A DNA stretch of 33,802 nt. It comes from Acidimicrobiales bacterium. Lineage in GTDB: Bacteria > Actinomycetota > Acidimicrobiia > Acidimicrobiales > JAUTXP01. The stretch lies in the NCBI GenBank assembly GCA_036008925.1, contig DASYMT010000010.1:1-33802 (forward strand), written 5' to 3'. The notes under the pieces are model-generated. The model ran no database searches. It had not been told where the DNA came from and worked only from the letters and a program-made list of their open reading frames with translations. Made by a program: the position numbers and the translations under genes. Positions within the stretch are counted from its first letter, which is position 1; each line of letters starts with the position of its first letter. Of the stretch, positions 32,878 to 33,802 are shown one piece after another.

Positions 32878-33663
32878 TCAGCGCCGCTTCTCCCAGAGCT
32901 TCTCGACCAGCCGACGCTGCTCCTCGTCGAACCACGGCGGCTCACCGGCCCGCAGGTTGGCCCGGGCGTGGCCCACGTCGCTGGTGGCCGGGATCACCAC
33001 GCTGACCCGCCGGTCCGACAGGGCCCACTTCAACACTGCCTCGGCCCACGTCTCCACGCCCAAGGCGGCCAGCTCCGACGGGCCTGGTCCCCGGCCCAGC
33101 CCGCCGCTGCCGAGGGGCCGCATCACCAGCACGCCGAGGCCCAGCTCCTCGGCCAACGGGAGGATGCGGTCTTCGACCTCGCGCTCGTCGGGGTTGTACG
33201 GGATCTGCACGGCCTGGACCCGGCCGGTGCGCATCACCGCCTCCAGCTCGACGAAGGCCGACGCCTGCCAGTGGGTGGCGCCCAGGAGGCCGATGCGCCC
33301 GGCCTCGCGCTCGGCCTCCATCCAGTCGAGGTGGGCCTGCCACAGCAGCAGGTTGTGCACCTGCTCCAACTCGACCCGTCCGCCGAAGAAGCCGAGCTGG
33401 TCGGCGAACTGGCGCCGTCCCTCCTCCACCGAACCGGCCCAGACCTTGGTGGCCACCCACGCCTCGCCCCGCCTGGCCAGGTCGGCTAGGGCCTGTCCCA
33501 GCCTGCGCTCGGCCTGGCCGTACATGGGCGACGAGTCGAACACGCGGGCCCCGCCGTCGAGCATGGCCTCGGCCACGGCCGGGATGTCGGACACCTGCCA
33601 CGTGCCCAGCCCCACGACGGGGAGGGAGAGGCCGGTGCTCCCGAAGGGCCGAGACTCCACCAC
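32878..33663 (-). CDS. Aldo/keto reductase
   Basis: This is a 261-aa ORF beginning FGSTGLSLPVVGLGTWQV, with DSSPMYG and a C-terminal IPATS. These features are typical of the AKR family. Confidence 0.9.
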   Translation of the reverse strand: MVESRPFGSTGLSLPVVGLGTWQVSDIPAVAEAMLDGGARVFDSSPMYGQAERRLGQALADLARRGEAWVATKVWAGSVEEGRRQFADQLGFFGGRVELEQVHNLLLWQAHLDWMEAEREAGRIGLLGATHWQASAFVELEAVMRTGRVQAVQIPYNPDEREVEDRILPLAEELGLGVLVMRPLGSGGLGRGPGPSELAALGVETWAEAVLKWALSDRRVSVVIPATSDVGHARANLRAGEPPWFDEEQRRLVEKLWEKRR

Positions 33664-33666
33664 GGT

Positions 33667-33802
33667 CTAATACCCGTACCCGCCCGTCGACGAACTGCTC
33701 GAGGAGCTGGGCCCGGCCGTGTCGCCGTCCTTCAAGTACACCGCGCCCTGCATGCCCGACGACTGGTGGAACCGGCAGTACCAGACGAGCACGCCGGTGG
33801 CC
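33667..33802 (-). CDS. Cupredoxin (plastocyanin/azurin-like blue copper protein), C-terminal fragment (runs off the right edge)
   Basis: My own translation of the minus strand gives ...ATGVLVWYCRFHQSSGMQGAVYLKDGDTAGPSSSSSSSTGGYGY*. C-x2-H-x4-M is the type-1 copper ligand loop. The stop at 33669..33667 lies 3 nt before the AKR start. Confidence 0.6.
   Translation of the reverse strand, partial: ATGVLVWYCRFHQSSGMQGAVYLKDGDTAGPSSSSSSSTGGYGY

Noticed and set aside
28505-32945. The long minus-strand ORFs 28505..30964 (819 aa) and 31077..32945 (622 aa). Similar cases are 15603..17219 and 17569..19272.
   Set aside because: All are antisense to motif-rich plus-strand genes and consist mainly of G, R, A, V, H and P residues. 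These are the standard antisense open frames of GC-rich DNA.

Overview
This is a very GC-rich (by eye roughly 70%; not computed) chromosomal segment of an actinobacterial-type genome. Supporting signs are a mycothiol-type DinB/MDMPI enzyme, an F420-type LLM oxidoreductase, a Lys/Ala-rich histone-like tail, frequent 4-nt start/stop overlaps and several apparently leaderless genes. I can support about 37 protein-coding genes (two cut by the window edges), one decayed IS256/mutator-family transposase relic, and several strong inverted or direct repeats in non-coding gaps. I found no rRNA, tRNA or CRISPR array. The content is mostly housekeeping or metabolic: an M20 peptidase-HAD-MDMPI operon, a DsbA-like/ABC1-kinase divergent pair, xthA, a PaaI thioesterase, a Tat/LPXTG metallophosphoesterase and a compact UvrD-like helicase. 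It also holds a MurF-like/Ddl/ACT/def/PH-SHOCT/BtuF-like operon, a GH1 glycosidase with a SufR-like regulator, an acyl-CoA cluster (MCR, acyl-CoA synthetase, ACAD), an orphan PilB/GspE ATPase, an aldo-keto reductase and a cupredoxin fragment. I see no canonical phage-defence system, prophage or secondary-metabolite cluster. The best candidates for something undescribed are: (i) a MurF-type ligase whose N-terminal domain is replaced by about five TM helices, coupled to a Ddl-type ATP-grasp ligase at the centre of the window; (ii) a NYN(Zc3h12a-like)-S1-histone-tail fusion protein; (iii) a stand-alone sigma-70 region-4 protein in front of a Tat/LPXTG metallophosphoesterase; (iv) a 400-nt structured, repeat-bearing non-coding gap upstream of the compact helicase. 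All product calls rest on motif recognition by eye. No database search or computation was possible, and start codons are often uncertain because the ORF track uses the most upstream ATG/GTG/TTG.
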